Shown here: positions 13,033 to 26,590 of the stretch, in pieces | Numbering within the stretch: the stretch's first letter is position 1 | Layout of the letters: each line of letters begins with the position of its first letter | DNA from: Utricularia gibba | Lineage: Eukaryota; Plantae; Magnoliophyta | Assembly (NCBI GenBank): GCA_002189035.1 | Contig: CM007991.1 | Location: 1,426,001-1,490,000, forward strand | DNA: 64,000 bases | Direction of reading: 5' to 3' | Notes under the pieces: model-generated | Seen by the model: the letters and a program-made list of their open reading frames with translations, nothing else | The model's database searches: none | What the model was told of the DNA's origin: nothing | Made by a program: the position numbers and the translations under genes

Positions 13033-16000
13033 ATGGAAGAAGTTAAGGAGGAAAGAGTTGATCGGGTTTCTCCAATGCAGCAGCGGAAGCCGGAACTTCA
13101 GGCTTCTACTCCCCCGCCTTCCTCCGTCATTGAACTATCGAGTTCCCAGTCGGATGGCGGTCGCTTCTCATCCTCCGAAGATGATGAAGTTACCGTGCCT
13201 TCTGAAAGAGGGGAGTCTGGTAACGCTTGCAAGAGGAGGAGGAAAAAGGCGGGTGATTTGGGTGTGGCTTTACAACCGGCGTTCTTGGACCCCTTACCGT
13301 TGAGGATTTCGAGCCCGGGGAACAAGCCGTACTTGGCGTTGCCTCCGCCGAATTCGGACTCGCTTGTTGGGATGACGTGCAAGCAGTTTTGGAAAGCAGG
13401 GGATTATGAACGGTCATCTGGCGGTGCCTGGACGTCGATTGGTGATTCTCTTCCTGTCTTCTTTTGCATGTCCATTTTAATTTAAAAATGGATACTATGA
13501 AGGTTTCGAGGGGTTTAGATGTTTGTTGCCTTTTATATTATCGTGATACCGGACGTGCCTCTCTAGATGAATGGGATTAAAATTCTGATTAAGTGAATGC
13601 CTTTTATGATTCAATGGTAAGGAATTTGAGTTGGCAAATGTTTTTTTTTTTTAATCTGTAAATTTTTGTAGGTGGTATGGATCATGTCAGGGTTCATCCT
13701 AGATTTTTACATTCTAACGCGACCAGTCACAAGTGGGTTCTTGGAGGTAATAAAAATGATTTGTATCATAGATTCAATGAATCTTTCTTATGTTGCACTT
13801 CTTCTCAACTAAATTTTTCTATTGTGAATCATGGTCCAGCTTTAGCCGAACTGCTAGACAACGCAGTAGATGAGGTAGGGGGATTTATAGTTTGTTTCTA
13901 ATTCATTATTTTATTAGAAAACTATTTGACTTAGACATCTTTTCCTCTTACTGCTGGATTTTTTTATTTTTTTTCCTTTCTAGGTTCGTAACGGAGCTAC
14001 ATATGTGACCATTGATATGGTTACAAACAAGAAGGATGGGAGCAAAATGCTGCTGCTTGAAGGTCTCTTTTGTGTACTTTATTTTTTTTCATTTTCTGTT
14101 CAGTGTTGAACGTGTGATTTCCATAATTTTGAAACATGTTCATGAATGAAATGAATGTGCTATGTTTTCAAAAATTGGGTTCATCATTATCCTCTTATTG
14201 TGTTAGAGTTGATAATTTCTGAGACTTCTAGTCTTGAATTATTTTCTGAGAAGTACCGTTGATGATTTCATTTGCATAGATAATGGCGGTGGAATGAACC
14301 CAGAAAAAATGCGGCACTGCATGTCTCTAGGTTATTCTGCAAAGAGCCATATGGTGGATACAATTGGGCAATGTCAGTTCTGCTTCTGCATCTGCAGTTT
14401 CAACACAGATATTATTCCACATGTTGTGTTTTTTTTTTTAATAGTTACCACATACTCCTGGAATACTTCCAGATGGAAATGGCTTCAAGACTAGCACCAT
14501 GAGACTTGGTGCTGATGTTATTGTATTTTCTCGCTGCCGTGGCAAGAATGGGGAAAGGTTTGTATCCTTCATCTTTCAGGTCTCCATTTGGCTTCGTAAA
14601 TATGAAAATGCAAGGTTTAAAATATGTATATTTATCATACACATTTTGTGGAAGAAGTTGATTTATTATATACCTGTGACATGAGCCTCCATAACTTCTG
14701 AGCACCTAATGGTCGATGAAACACGGTTTAGAACTGGATGCCGCTGTATAAATCAGAAAACTGAACGAGCGCCATGTGTTGGTTTTTAGTCCAATGCTAA
14801 TTGTTTACAATTGTGCTCTCCATTTAACAAAAATCTAGGGCAACTCAAAGCATAGGATTGCTTTCCTATACATTTTTGACATCAACGGGGAAGGAAGATA
14901 TTGTAGTTCCAATGGTGAGTATTTTCAACAGTGTGCAACATGGTAATTAATTTATCTTTCCCATTGAATATTTTCAAGTATTTTTGTAGGTTATGAAAGT
15001 AGATAAAAGTATGTGATCATGTCATTGTTTATGGAAAGGATTTTCCTCTAAAAATTTTTACCAGAAATTTATGCACTGTGATATAGTGATCTTGAAATGC
15101 AGTAAGCCTATGGCAAGAAACCAAAAAGAACCAGATTGTTCGTGGAAGTACTGAAAAGTACTCTTGAAAGGAGCGCCATATTTATTCTCACGTTCTTATT
15201 GCATTGCTGGTGTTCAGAAATGATACCACAATTAGTGTTTTTCGTTAGCTGAATTTCAGTGTCCTTTAACCTTATTGTATGGTTTCATTAAGTTAAGTTT
15301 TTTTCCTGATAATTTTGACAGATTGACTATGAAAAAGGAGAAAATGGATGGAGCAAGATAGTGAAATCAACTACCAGTGATTGGGATCTAAATGTTGGCA
15401 CAATAATCCAATGGTCACCTTTTCATAGCGAGAAAGACCTTCTTCAGCAGGTTTTGTTATTCGTCAATATCATTAGCACACCATTCCTTGTCAGATGAAT
15501 TTTAGTTGTAATTCTGTGAATTTGGGAACAGTATTCGCAATAACATGTGTTTTAAGTTTTGAGCTGTGGGTTTCGTCTCTCCTATTTTTAATGACAATAA
15601 GGACTTGAGTTGTGAGAAAATTCACAATCAATGATATTCTATTCTTTTCATTGTTTCATATTGCTGTTGCAGTTCAATCAAATGAAAGCTCAAGGAACTA
15701 GGATTATCATATACAACCTTTGGGAGGATGACCAGGGTCAGCCGGAACTTGATTTTGATGCTGATCCTCGGGTAAGGATGTATATATATCAGCAGACTCT
15801 GCATGTTCTTGTGATGCTTAACCCCTTGTTTTGAGTAACTACTCAGGACATTCAGACTAGAATTGCGAACAGAGATCTGAAAAGCATTGATATGGCCCAG
15901 AAGTACCCGAACTCAAAACATTTCCTTACATATCAACACTCTTTAAGGGTGGGACTGCTATGCTACTCGTTATCTTCTTTTTTTGTTCCGCCATTTTCTT

Positions 16001-18244
16001 CTAGCCCTTGGTTGGAATTCTCTATTTCGTATGAAATTCCTTAGGCCACTATTTGTTCCTGAAATCTTTTGGCGACATTCACTTGGAAAGTTTATGTAAT
16101 GCCCTAGGAACTTATTTTTTTAGACTGAAAATTTTGTATATGAATGTTTAGCACCATGGAACTGATTTCTTTTTGTCGGGAAGCACATATAAAAACATGG
16201 ATTGCTTTTAAAGCTCCTTACTGGAACTGCAGAGCTATGCAGCTGTTCTCTATCTCAGATTTCCTGCTGGATTTCGAATCATACTGCGTGGTAAAGATGT
16301 TGAGCACCATAATTTAGTCAATGATATGATGATGTCTAAAGAGATCACCTACCGCCCTCACCCTGGCTCTGATGGGATTCCTCGGGATTCTAGCGTAACT
16401 GTTCTTTTGTGATCTCTCCTTTTTCTTAACCTGTCATTGTGTAATGTACTGATCATCCTGCATGCTATACCAGATGGTCGCTGTAGTTACTGTTGGATTT
16501 GTTAAGGATGCAATGTCCCACATTGATGTGCAGGGATTCAATGTCTATCACAAAAATCGACTTATCAAGGTTGTTAACCTTTCCTTCAATTCTTGGTTGT
16601 TGTCGTTTTTGGATATATAACAGTCAACACTGTGGTTTGCTAGAGTTTCCTTGTTGCTTTCATGTCATACCACACTATTGCATTTTGACTTTTCCAGCCA
16701 TTTTGGAGAGTTTGGAATCCAGCTGGTAGTGATGGCCGTGGAGTTATAGGTATGGATACTTTTGAACTCATGGAAGTTCATGTTGGTATTAGCTTATTGG
16801 TGAACTTTTTCTGTTTGTAGGTGTATTAGAAGCCAATTTTGTTGAGCCAGCTCATGACAAACAGGGTTTTGAACGTACTTCGGTTCTTGCGAGGCTTGAG
16901 TCACGATTAATACAATTCCAGAAGCAGTATTGGTTAGCCTGACTTTCTTGTAGCTCTCGCCCCCTTTTTCTTTCCCTGTTTCTATTCTTCATGCGACCTG
17001 CCTTTCCAGGACCACAAATTGTCAGAAAATTGGTTATGCTCCCCGGAGAAAGAGTGGTGGCCGTGAAACAAGTAAGACAATAAAGTGACTTAATATGTAG
17101 AACTATGAACTAGATTTTCTTATATTAGCCATCTGTATATTCGACTTCTTTCACTGGTTGCTGTCTAATGTTTTGTAGTTTGCTCCCTTTTTTAGGCTCG
17201 ACACCTGGCACATCTAAAAAGGAAAACAAGAGAAGCGGTTCAAATCCTCAAAAACCTATTGAGATGCAGCCATTGAGTGACAAAGGCCATGCACGTGGGA
17301 AAAATGAGACTAGAACTCCCGGGAAACGGGCAACTTATTGTGTAACGTCATCTTCAGAGGTTAGTGATGATGGTGATGGTGATGATGATACAGGAAGCAA
17401 TGCTTGCAGAAATCAATCCAGTGGCGCCTCACTCTCAAAGGATATACCTATTAAAGGTGGATCTCGTTCATCTGGGTTGAGACATTTTAATGCGCCAAAA
17501 CATAGCCAGTCTCCTGCAACACCTCACCAAGCAACTCGAAGCTCAAAACCCCAAATCAGTCGTTTAGATCATAGCGACTCCTCAACGTTGGATGTCAATG
17601 CAAAAAGTAATCTAGCTAAGCTCGAAGAGGAGAATCAGATACTGAGAGAAAGGTTTTCTTCATCTCCATGGCTTTCTTCTCCAGCTGTTATACAAAATTT
17701 CAACTAATTCCTTTTACTTTTCAGACTAAAGCGGAAGGAAGAAGAGATCTTGGGTGATTTCCAGCGTGATCTTCAAACTGAAAAAGAAAAGTACAATTCT
17801 CTCAATGCCGAGGTACCTGCTTCTGACTTATGTTTGGTTTATGATATAAATAAAATGAAAGTTGATGCAACTTCGAGGAGTTTCTTCCTGCTGCGACAAT
17901 ATCCCTGTAAGGTTTTTTGTCTCATTAAAACTTGTGTTGTATGCCCCGTATTTCAGTTTCAGGTGCTACAAAGCAAATACGAGGAGTTGCAGAAAGAACA
18001 GGAGAGTCTAATTGACATATTCTCTGAAGAGAAGCAACGTCATGATAAAGAGGAAGAAACCTTGAGACAGAAGATCAAGGTATGAGTGAACGGATACTTG
18101 TTTCGTTTAACCCATAAAACATCAGCCAGCGTTCATATTCGCCAGCTGATGTCTGCTTGCTTACCCTTCCCTCTGCAGGCTGCATCCAGCACCATCCAGG
18201 AGCTTCTGCAGAAGGTTAAGTGGTTTGAGAGGAAAGGCGCATAA
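13033..18244 (+). CDS. MORC: MORC GHKL-ATPase (MORC4/MORC7-like), about 18 exons, C-terminal coiled coil
   Basis: CKQFWKAGDYE, MDHVRVHPRFLHSNATSHKW, ELLDNAVDE, DNGGGM, TIGQYGNGFKTSTMRLGAD, GFNVYHKNRLIK, PFWRVW, VLEANFVEPAHDKQGFERT, ending AASSTIQELLQKV...GA*. Confidence 0.95.
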
Positions 18245-18640
18245 GATGGTTTTGTCGTAACGTGATGCGATACCACTTAGCAGGAGGGATGGTGCACCAA
18301 AATCTGGTGCTTTTTGGGGAACGTTGGAGGGCAGAACAGCTTCATGGCACAAGGTGCAAAACTGTTATCCCTGGCAATGTGCTTTTGTTTGACATAGTCC
18401 CATCTCCTTTTCATTCACTTCGTTCTTTGGCTTTTTTTATTTTGGTGCTAAAATGAAAAAAAAAAAAGAAAAAAGGAACCCAACCCCTTGAATTTTACAT
18501 TCATCTTATTTTTCACATGCATAACATATACTCTTTGAGTAAAAACAATGTGACAAGTGAGAACCCAGAGCCAGCCACAGACACTCTTCAGTCTTCACTG
18601 GAAGCAACAGCCATTTCTCCAGCAAATTTACCAAAGAAGG

Positions 18641-19889
18641 TTATGCAACAGGTTGAGCATCCGGAGCAACATGAACGGTTTCGTTTCCGGCGACATGCTT
18701 TTCGACATGATTCGGATCAGGGCCGGCTGCTTCTACTTCGATCATGCAGTTCTCTACGATGATGGGGAGCTGCATCACTGGGATTATCTCCACAGCTATG
18801 GTGTTGTTCCCCAGCTTCAGAACGTCAAGTATTTGCTCTTGCAGTTCGGGTATCTTCTGCTCCTCGAAGGCTTGGGTTTCAATGTCTGGAACCTGCCTCT
18901 CTTCTTCCACTACCTTCTTGGATTTCCTGTACACCAAGTAGAGCGCCATTTGCACCACTCCGAAGCCAAACCCAGAACATTAGGAATCTGCATCAACAAA
19001 TCCATTGTTTTTATTCGTGGGTTTGTTAAGGTGCTTAACAAACACTTACAGCAATGTAATAGTCCTTGAGGAGTAGGCCATAAAAGAACCACATGACAGC
19101 ACTCATGGTGAGGAACAAGGACGGCAGAAACGGCATGTACTCCACGCTTTTGGTTCGTATAACTTTTCCCTGCCACAGCAGCATTCATCATGTGGGAAAA
19201 ACTTGTTTTTTTGCTGATATGAAGCACTTACAACGATGCATAGCGGCGCCACGAATACACTCAAGGAGAATATGAGGCAGATCCATCCCACTACTCTCGC
19301 TCGGTGGGAGGTTTTCACCCAGAAATGAGTGAGCAAGATGATGACCCCAAGGCCAACCACGTTCAGCGCAAGCAGCAGCTTGGTTGCCTTCACCTGCCCA
19401 TTGCATCATGAATCAAAACTTAGGTGTGTAATTCAACAGGTTTTGATATGAACAGAGGCTCCAGTTGCTTACTCTATCGGCTTTTGGAGCGAAGAAGAAG
19501 TAGAACCCGAAGTAAAGCGACATGATGAAGCATCCAAAGGAGTTGATGGTGATGAGGAGGGTCGTGTCCGTCTTCAGAAACGCGTAGTGTATCCACATCA
19601 TGGCGCTGAAAAGCCCCACGACGTAGGGGACACATTGGAAGCCATGGGATGATCTCCTCTTGTAGATCTTGTAAAACGTTGGACTGCACAGAGACAGAAA
19701 AATCAGGATGCAATCGTGTTTTGTAGCTCTCGACAAAGAGACTCACATTGGAGCAAGGAACACCATGAAGGAGATGATATTCCCTGCAAAAAAATCCAAC
19801 GAAGTATGAAAACCAAACATCCTGTGCTTGAGAAAGATGGTGATGGAAATGGTACCTAGAAGACCAAACACAAAAGCCAGCTGATTCAT
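18641..19889 (-). CDS. SWEET: Clade III SWEET sucrose transporter (SWEET10-15 type), 6 exons
   Basis: [12 protein letters not shown]|[23 protein letters not shown]...|...VFVAPLCIV|.[13 protein letters not shown]...|IPNVLGFGFG.VQMALY followed by a long acidic C-tail. This is the standard 6-exon SWEET layout. Confidence 0.93.
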
Positions 19890-22729
19890 GGCTCTGGGAA
19901 GCAGAAACAGTAGCTTCGCCTGCCTACACAGCACAAGTAAGAATGCTCTTGATATGGGAATGTGATGAAACGAAGGGTCTGGCTATATATAGAGGAGGAG
20001 GAGAAGCAGAGCTGGTCGTATGTAGTGAAGCACCAAATCTTAAAAAAGAGTTAGAATTGATTTAGTGAAATTAGGCTGGATTTATCCACGCTTTAAAGCC
20101 ATCTTCTACATTGTCCCAATTCATGCATCGTGTCTGAATTCCATTTTTGCAAATATTGGTTGGTTTTAATTTTTTTTTTCTATTCTTCTATACACATTTA
20201 TCAAAAACAATTATACTTTAGTAATCACATAATACATATTTATCTAAATACAAATAATTCAAATATTTTCCTTATGGGAGGAAATTAGTGTCGCCAACAC
20301 CTCCAAGTTTGATGGTGTAGGCTCACTCGTCGTATGTAACTGCATTTGAGATCGTCAGAATATGAATCAGTCTGTCCCCCGTCCTCGACTGGCTGTCATC
20401 GTGCTCGGCCACAGAAGCTAGAAAAATGAAAAATGATGGCAGAGAACCATGAGTCCACCAAGAACTATTCGAACTTACAATTGAAATTAAAAATTCGATG
20501 GATTGAATTAACACATATAAAGTTTAAATATACAATAAATATAAATCATATTAAAAAATATTAAATTTATATTAATAATTTATAATTTATTATATATTTA
20601 ACTATTTTAATTTCAAGTACCGTTATAGAATTATTTGTTATAATATTTATTTTACTTTACCAAACATGATCTTAAATTTCTAGCAAATGTTGTAAATATT
20701 GCAAGAGGGTGTGCAAACATAGGATACAATAGACATGATAACTACCACAAGACTAAATCTTGCCACAAATTAACTCAATACCTATGTCCATTTTCGGACA
20801 TGGGATAGTAATAACCACTAGCCAAGACTCCTTATCCCATCTTCTTTGCTTCATTTTTCCTACTGAGTGGAGACAATGGTAGTATTAGATCTAAACCAAA
20901 TTACCGGCAGGTTAAGCTTACCGAATTACTCGCATGTTCCGAACTGCGTTTTCGACCTGATTTCGATACTGATGCGAAATTGGGTTTCATTTTGGCTCGC
21001 ACTTGAGTATATCATACAAAGTCTTGCATAGTTTTCATTCTGTTATCTGGATGAGCAAGTGGGGATCCCACATATGTGGCATAGTTGGGGACATGGAAGG
21101 TAAAAAATGAGCACTTTACAGTTGTTTAGGACTAGTAGTGTGTAGTGTGGAGTGGGGAATCCATCATCATATCAGAAAAGAGCAAAAGCTGTCCTTTTTG
21201 TTCTGCATCTCCTTGTGCTCCATTTAACCTAATTTGGATGGCGTCTGGGTTAGCATTGACAAAGCTTCCATTTGGCGCAGGCGTTCCCTGTGTTTTGTTT
21301 TTGCAGAGCTCTGGAGCAGGTGGGAGCCACATTGGATCTTTCTGATGTGTCGTCCACCAATGGGGACCTTAGAGGCTTACAGCTCATTCCCCGGATAAAA
21401 CCCTAACTCTAAAGAACCATACACTGGGGGATTCGGAATGAATGCTGTGTGATCTCGCCCATAAACGGCTCCTCATTTTGAAACTTTGCTGTCGCTTGTG
21501 CATCCAGACCGTCGTCCCGGAAGTTGGACCGGACCGTCGCTTCGTATTTTCGTAACGTTAAGGTACTGGTGGAGGAGACAGTGTTAGCCACCATGTTGGC
21601 TTCTCAGACGAGGTTTTTCAATTCTTTTAGGTGTCATTGCTTGGGTGTATTGTGCCCCAGAACTGTGATGTTGTTCAGGTTCGGGATTGCATTAATCATG
21701 TTAGGATTAATAGTATGATTTCGAACTAACAGAGAATAATCCCGAGTGAAGACTTGAGAGGAGCGGGCTTGCTTCCTTAGATCAAACAATGGGGAGTTTA
21801 GTAGTAATACAGTGAACGAGTTTGCCAAGACCGTGTTTTCATGACATTGATGCTCTCTCCGTCAGAACTGGGAACAGTGTTTTCCGATTGCTTGTTCGTA
21901 GTAAGAAACTCAGCTGCCATTCTCATCCTGAGTTTTCCATCGTTACATTTATGCCAGAAGTTCATGTTTTTTTCAGTGGTCTGGTCAATGACAGACCACT
22001 GTCCGTGCAAATGAAACCTAAAAATCGTATCTTGGTAAACAAATCCCCAACCCCATTTCGCAACTGGACGACAATCAGTTAGTTTAAGTCAAACCGTACA
22101 CATGGGGGTTCCAGGTTAAGAGTGCGAATGAACTTGCTAGTGTATGAATAGTCAGAAGGTTGATCCCTTTTTGTCTGTGTGGCCCCGAGACTTTGTCCAT
22201 TTCTTTAAAGATTTGTTTCCTTTCACGATTCCAAAAGAGAGGTTAGTTGGAAATACAAGCAACTATTGGCATACGATTATGAATTCTTTGGCGGCCAAAT
22301 GGCAAGAGGAGCCCCTAGTAAGCTGAGCAAAGCTAGGGGTGCAAGGGATGGGCAACGGTACCTACACCTAATGCACATACATTTCCCACTTGTTTTGTTA
22401 TCTTCTTCCTGCAATCAATTTCATTGTTAAATGGGGTGGATACAGACAGACTACTGTTCAATGAATAATGGGTGAAATCTTCCATTTGCCTTATTTGGCT
22501 TAGCCGGTGAAGAGAAAAGACAGGCTTACAGTTCATGGCTTATTGAGGGGTCAAAAACATTCGACACATTCACTAACAACACACCTTGAGGATACATGGG
22601 GTAACTTATTCAAGCTGTGAGGAAAAAAATCAAAAGCATGTGTAGCCATGGTCCGTCCTCTTCTTGGTGTGGTGTTTCCTCCTGACAGCGAAGAAGAAAT
22701 GTAGGATAGCGTACCGCAAAATTGAAGAG

Positions 22730-25662
22730 CTATCTCGACCTGAAACACGCCCTTTTTGCTGCCCGGACGATATCATCGACCTGCAAATGCATATCCGATG
22801 AGTGCACCATGCAGAAAAAAAAAACAAAAACAAAAGCACACGTTGGAATGTCATTTGGGAATTCGATAGTGATTTATGCAAGGGTGTCTTTGTTCTTCTT
22901 GTAACATAATAACCAATGTAGAAAGACCATGGCGGAAATAGAGTGCACTAAGCCAAGACTGTAGGCGATTGTGAAATTCAAGGCGTCAAACGTACACCAA
23001 AATCCGTTAAACACAGTCTATTATCATAGAAACGAGATAGCAAGGAAGCATAGTACCTGGGGAACGGCCAGCCTTTCTAGATTTGCAGCATAAGGCATGG
23101 GAACATCAGCCCCCGCAATCCTCTCGATAGGTGCATCAAGATACTCGAAGCTGTCTTCAACCACTGAAGCACTGATGACAAATCGAGAGTCAATGCTAAG
23201 GACCGAAGGATGTAGATGCATGCTTCTATCTGTGATTATACCAGATTTCAGCGCCTACACCGTGCTGGGGGAACCCTTCCTCAAGAGTCACAAGCCTATT
23301 CGTTTTTCGAACGGAATCATTGATTGTTCTTCTATCTAGAGGGCGTATAGAGCGAAGATTTATGACCTGCAGAAGATATTAAATTGTTCAAAGCTTTACA
23401 GAGACATATAATTCAAGAACATGATGTGGAATGTATGAATTCTTAGGGTTACCTCTGCGGATATATCTTCTTTTGCAAGTAATTCGGCAGCCTATACAAT
23501 CCAGCCAGAGCCAGTAAGAAAAAGAAAGAAACTGATAGAGCCAAATGCGGCTGAAGATTATACGAACAATGGTACACGAAAAACACCAGTTCAGTCTTCC
23601 TGAGGTTCGAAGATCTTATTCCACAAAAACATGCATCCAATTCAAATGGATGATAGTATCAAGCATATCAATTAAATATACATAACGAGAGACCTGAAGT
23701 GCGAGTCCAACCATCTTTGAAAAAGCAGTTATAGTGACATCCTTCCCCTCTCGTTCAATCTGCCAAAAAAACATGCCATGAATTCCTTTGCTTGGAAAAT
23801 TGTATACGAAAATAAGCACAAACCTTAGCCTTTCCAATTGGAATACAGAAATTGGAGTCAAGAACTTCGTCTGAGACAGGAAATGATTCACCGTAACTAC
23901 ATGAAAAGGCAGAAAAAAATGATCATGCTAAAAACAGTATCAGTATTATGTGACACACGCGGGCACCACAAATTATAAACACATACTACATACAGCAACT
24001 CATTTTCAAGGAAGACAACAGGATCTGGATCTCTAATAGCAGCTTTGAGCAAGCCACGAGCATCTTCAGACGAATATGGAGTCAATACCTTTAGACCAGG
24101 ACATGCAGCATACCACGCTGCATAGCACTGAAGACAAAACGTGCAGCAATGTGAAATCACAGCATGCAATTCACATATCTCAAAGCATTCCCACTCAATG
24201 CCACTGCTCAGGTTTGAGCAAAAACTAATTGTGAATTGCTAATTTAAAAACATTTTTTCTAGACCTTTTTAGTTCCTCATAAATACATCATTTTATCATT
24301 TCAAAATGTAAGGGCAACCTAACCATTTAGCATCAAAAAGCGTTCAATAAAAAAAAAATTCAGAACCTGCCTCAGCCATACGATTCAAGCTCAGTTAAAA
24401 GATGCACAAAGTGATGATACCTGGGAGTGCTGAGCTCCCACTCCAGCTGCAGCACCATTAGGTCCTCTAAAGACAATGGGAACTGATATCTGGCCCGCTG
24501 ACATGTAATTTGATTTTGCAGCGGAGTTAATGATGTGATCAATTGCCTGCAGGAGACGTTCAAAAGAAACATCAAAAGGCATCATTTGAGTTCTCAAGTC
24601 TCTCTTATTATTGCATACCTGGACTACCCATAACACTGAGAAATTTAATCAAATTCAAATCATAGAAATCAGGAAAAAGGCAAACCTGGGTCACATTATT
24701 TTGATATTTATACATTGACTATAACAGCCATTTAAGTACATCTGAGAGTAAAAACGGATTGAGAGTAAGTGATCTGACCTGCATTGAGAAGTTGAAAGTC
24801 ATGAACTCAACGATTGGTTTTAGACCGTGATATGCTGCACCCACTGCAATTCCGGTAAATCCAGCCTAGAAAATAATACACAGAATGGAATCCTTAACCA
24901 CCAAATGCTTAAAGAAGCCATATGAAAGGAATTCTGGACTGGAGATCCAAAGCCACCTCAGTGATAGGTGTGTCAAGAACTCGGTCGGGTCCAAATTTCT
25001 CAAGAAGCCCTTTGGAAATCTAGTACAGATAGAAATAACTAAGTATGATAGGTGCAATAACAAGACATTGGGTTAAAGCACAGAACTGATCATTGAATCA
25101 GCACTCACCTTATATGCACCTTGATACTCACCAACCTGCACAAACAGTGCTGCAAATCAGTAGCCGTTCAAAAAACTGTAAGCCAATTTACTCTCCCACT
25201 CCCACCTCTTCGCCCATCAGAAAAACTTTAGGATCTGCAGACATTTCTTCAACGAGTGCTGAGTTCAGAGCATCACGGACTGTCATACTCTGTAAAAGGA
25301 GGACACATGCATCAATCCTCCATTTAACACTTCCAGAGAATACCATAAAAGGCTCCCAATAGTGCAGAACAGATAGCATCATGAAGAGAGGAGTGAGTCC
25401 GTGAGCTACAGAATCCAGGATAAATCCTGACGTTCAGATAATCAATGATAATGAACACACACAGTTAGACATCATTTACCTCTTTAGATGAAGATGAAAA
25501 GGCTCTCGAAACAGTAGCTCGTATTCCATGCTCCATGATCTATGGAGATAGGGAAAAGTGTACACGAATAACCAAAATATACAGAGTTGAATTGAATCAC
25601 AAAAGGACATTTACCCAAGAAATTTGGCCTCCCAAGGCCCTCTGTCTCATAAGTCCGAGCAT
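22730..25662 (-). CDS. MAB1: Mitochondrial pyruvate dehydrogenase E1 beta subunit, 14 exons (additional 5' UTR exon near 26.1-26.25 kb)
   Basis: [12 protein letters not shown]...|...[27 protein letters not shown]|VGEYQGAYK|ISKGLL...DTPITE|AGFTG...[10 protein letters not shown]|AIDH...[15 protein letters not shown]...[19 protein letters not shown]|[16 protein letters not shown]. Confidence 0.95.
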
Positions 25663-26459
25663 ATTTATCTCCTCTGACGGCAGTCCCTGACAAGACTCCA
25701 AAAATAAAAGAGCCCAATTTAACTAACAGACACTATTGCTGAGGCGATCGCGCAAAAAAAGGAGAATTCAAGCGCATCCATTTAAAGATATTAACGTGCA
25801 TTCCCTCGAAAAGTAATGAAAAAGTAGAATTTAAATACAATTCAATCCAAGATTTCGAAATCAAGGAAAAAAACAACTAATCGATCAACCAGGTTCCCAC
25901 AAGTCCACCCCTTGCAAAGCCCCCGTATCGAAAAAAATCAATATGACCACATTCCCATGACATCACCAAAAACAGAATCGTCACGAACGAATGACAAATC
26001 CAGCGAATCATGATACGAGTAGCTCGAAAACACCAAAAAAAAACACCTTGATCCGCCCACAACGTATTCGGTTGAAGAAAACAACAATCTCGAAGGAATA
26101 ACAATTACCTTTTCAGAAAATGGAGATCGAATTCCGGCTGCCAACCTACAACACAAACGGGTCAACTTAAACCGATTAGGTCTTGAATCGCAGGTATAGA
26201 GAGAGAGGACAACGAGGTATTGGGCCTTGGTGCCTGCCAACTCCGCAACCGCTAGTTAGCCAAACCCAGGGGGGTTCATTAACCGACTCAACCCCTTGGC
26301 TTGGTTAAAATTGATAAAAGAGTAAATTAATCATTATTTTCTTTTTTTGTAAACTCTAGAAGCTTCCTAAACATTATTCAGAATTAAAATAGTACTTAAT
26401 ATTGTTAAAACAAAAGTCATTTGGTCCCAAGTACGAATTTGAACCAAGTCACTGGGTAG

Positions 26460-26590
26460 GCGTTTGGGCCGACGAATAAAAGGCTCATATCTGGCCCAGA
26501 TCCACTACTGTCTCCCTCGGGCCCACATAATATTTTTAATGTTTTAAAAAAATAAAATCGTATTTCTAAGAGGTGGGCGTGGGCACCAGG
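26460..26590 (-). promoter_or_regulatory. Site II (TGGGCY/GGCCCA) element cluster upstream of PDH E1-beta
   Basis: TGGGCC, TGGCCCA, GGGCCCAC and GTGGGC occur within about 130 bp. Site II/TCP elements are typical of nuclear genes for mitochondrial proteins. Confidence 0.55.

Noticed and set aside
14712-14766. C/D-box snoRNA-like TCGATGA...CTGA in a MORC intron
   Set aside because: Degenerate C box, no terminal stem and no rRNA-complementary guide that I could recognise.
20935-21005. LRFRP...TDAKL resemblance to a NAC domain start
   Set aside because: No LPPG before it and no DPW or WYF motifs after it; likely chance.
21060-21410. snRNA/telomerase-RNA-like promoter (ATCCCACATAT resembling a USE) with an AAACCCTAA template-like motif
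   Set aside because: The USE match is imperfect, there is no correctly spaced TATA, and the telomere-like motif is about 330 bp away. More simply a telo-box.
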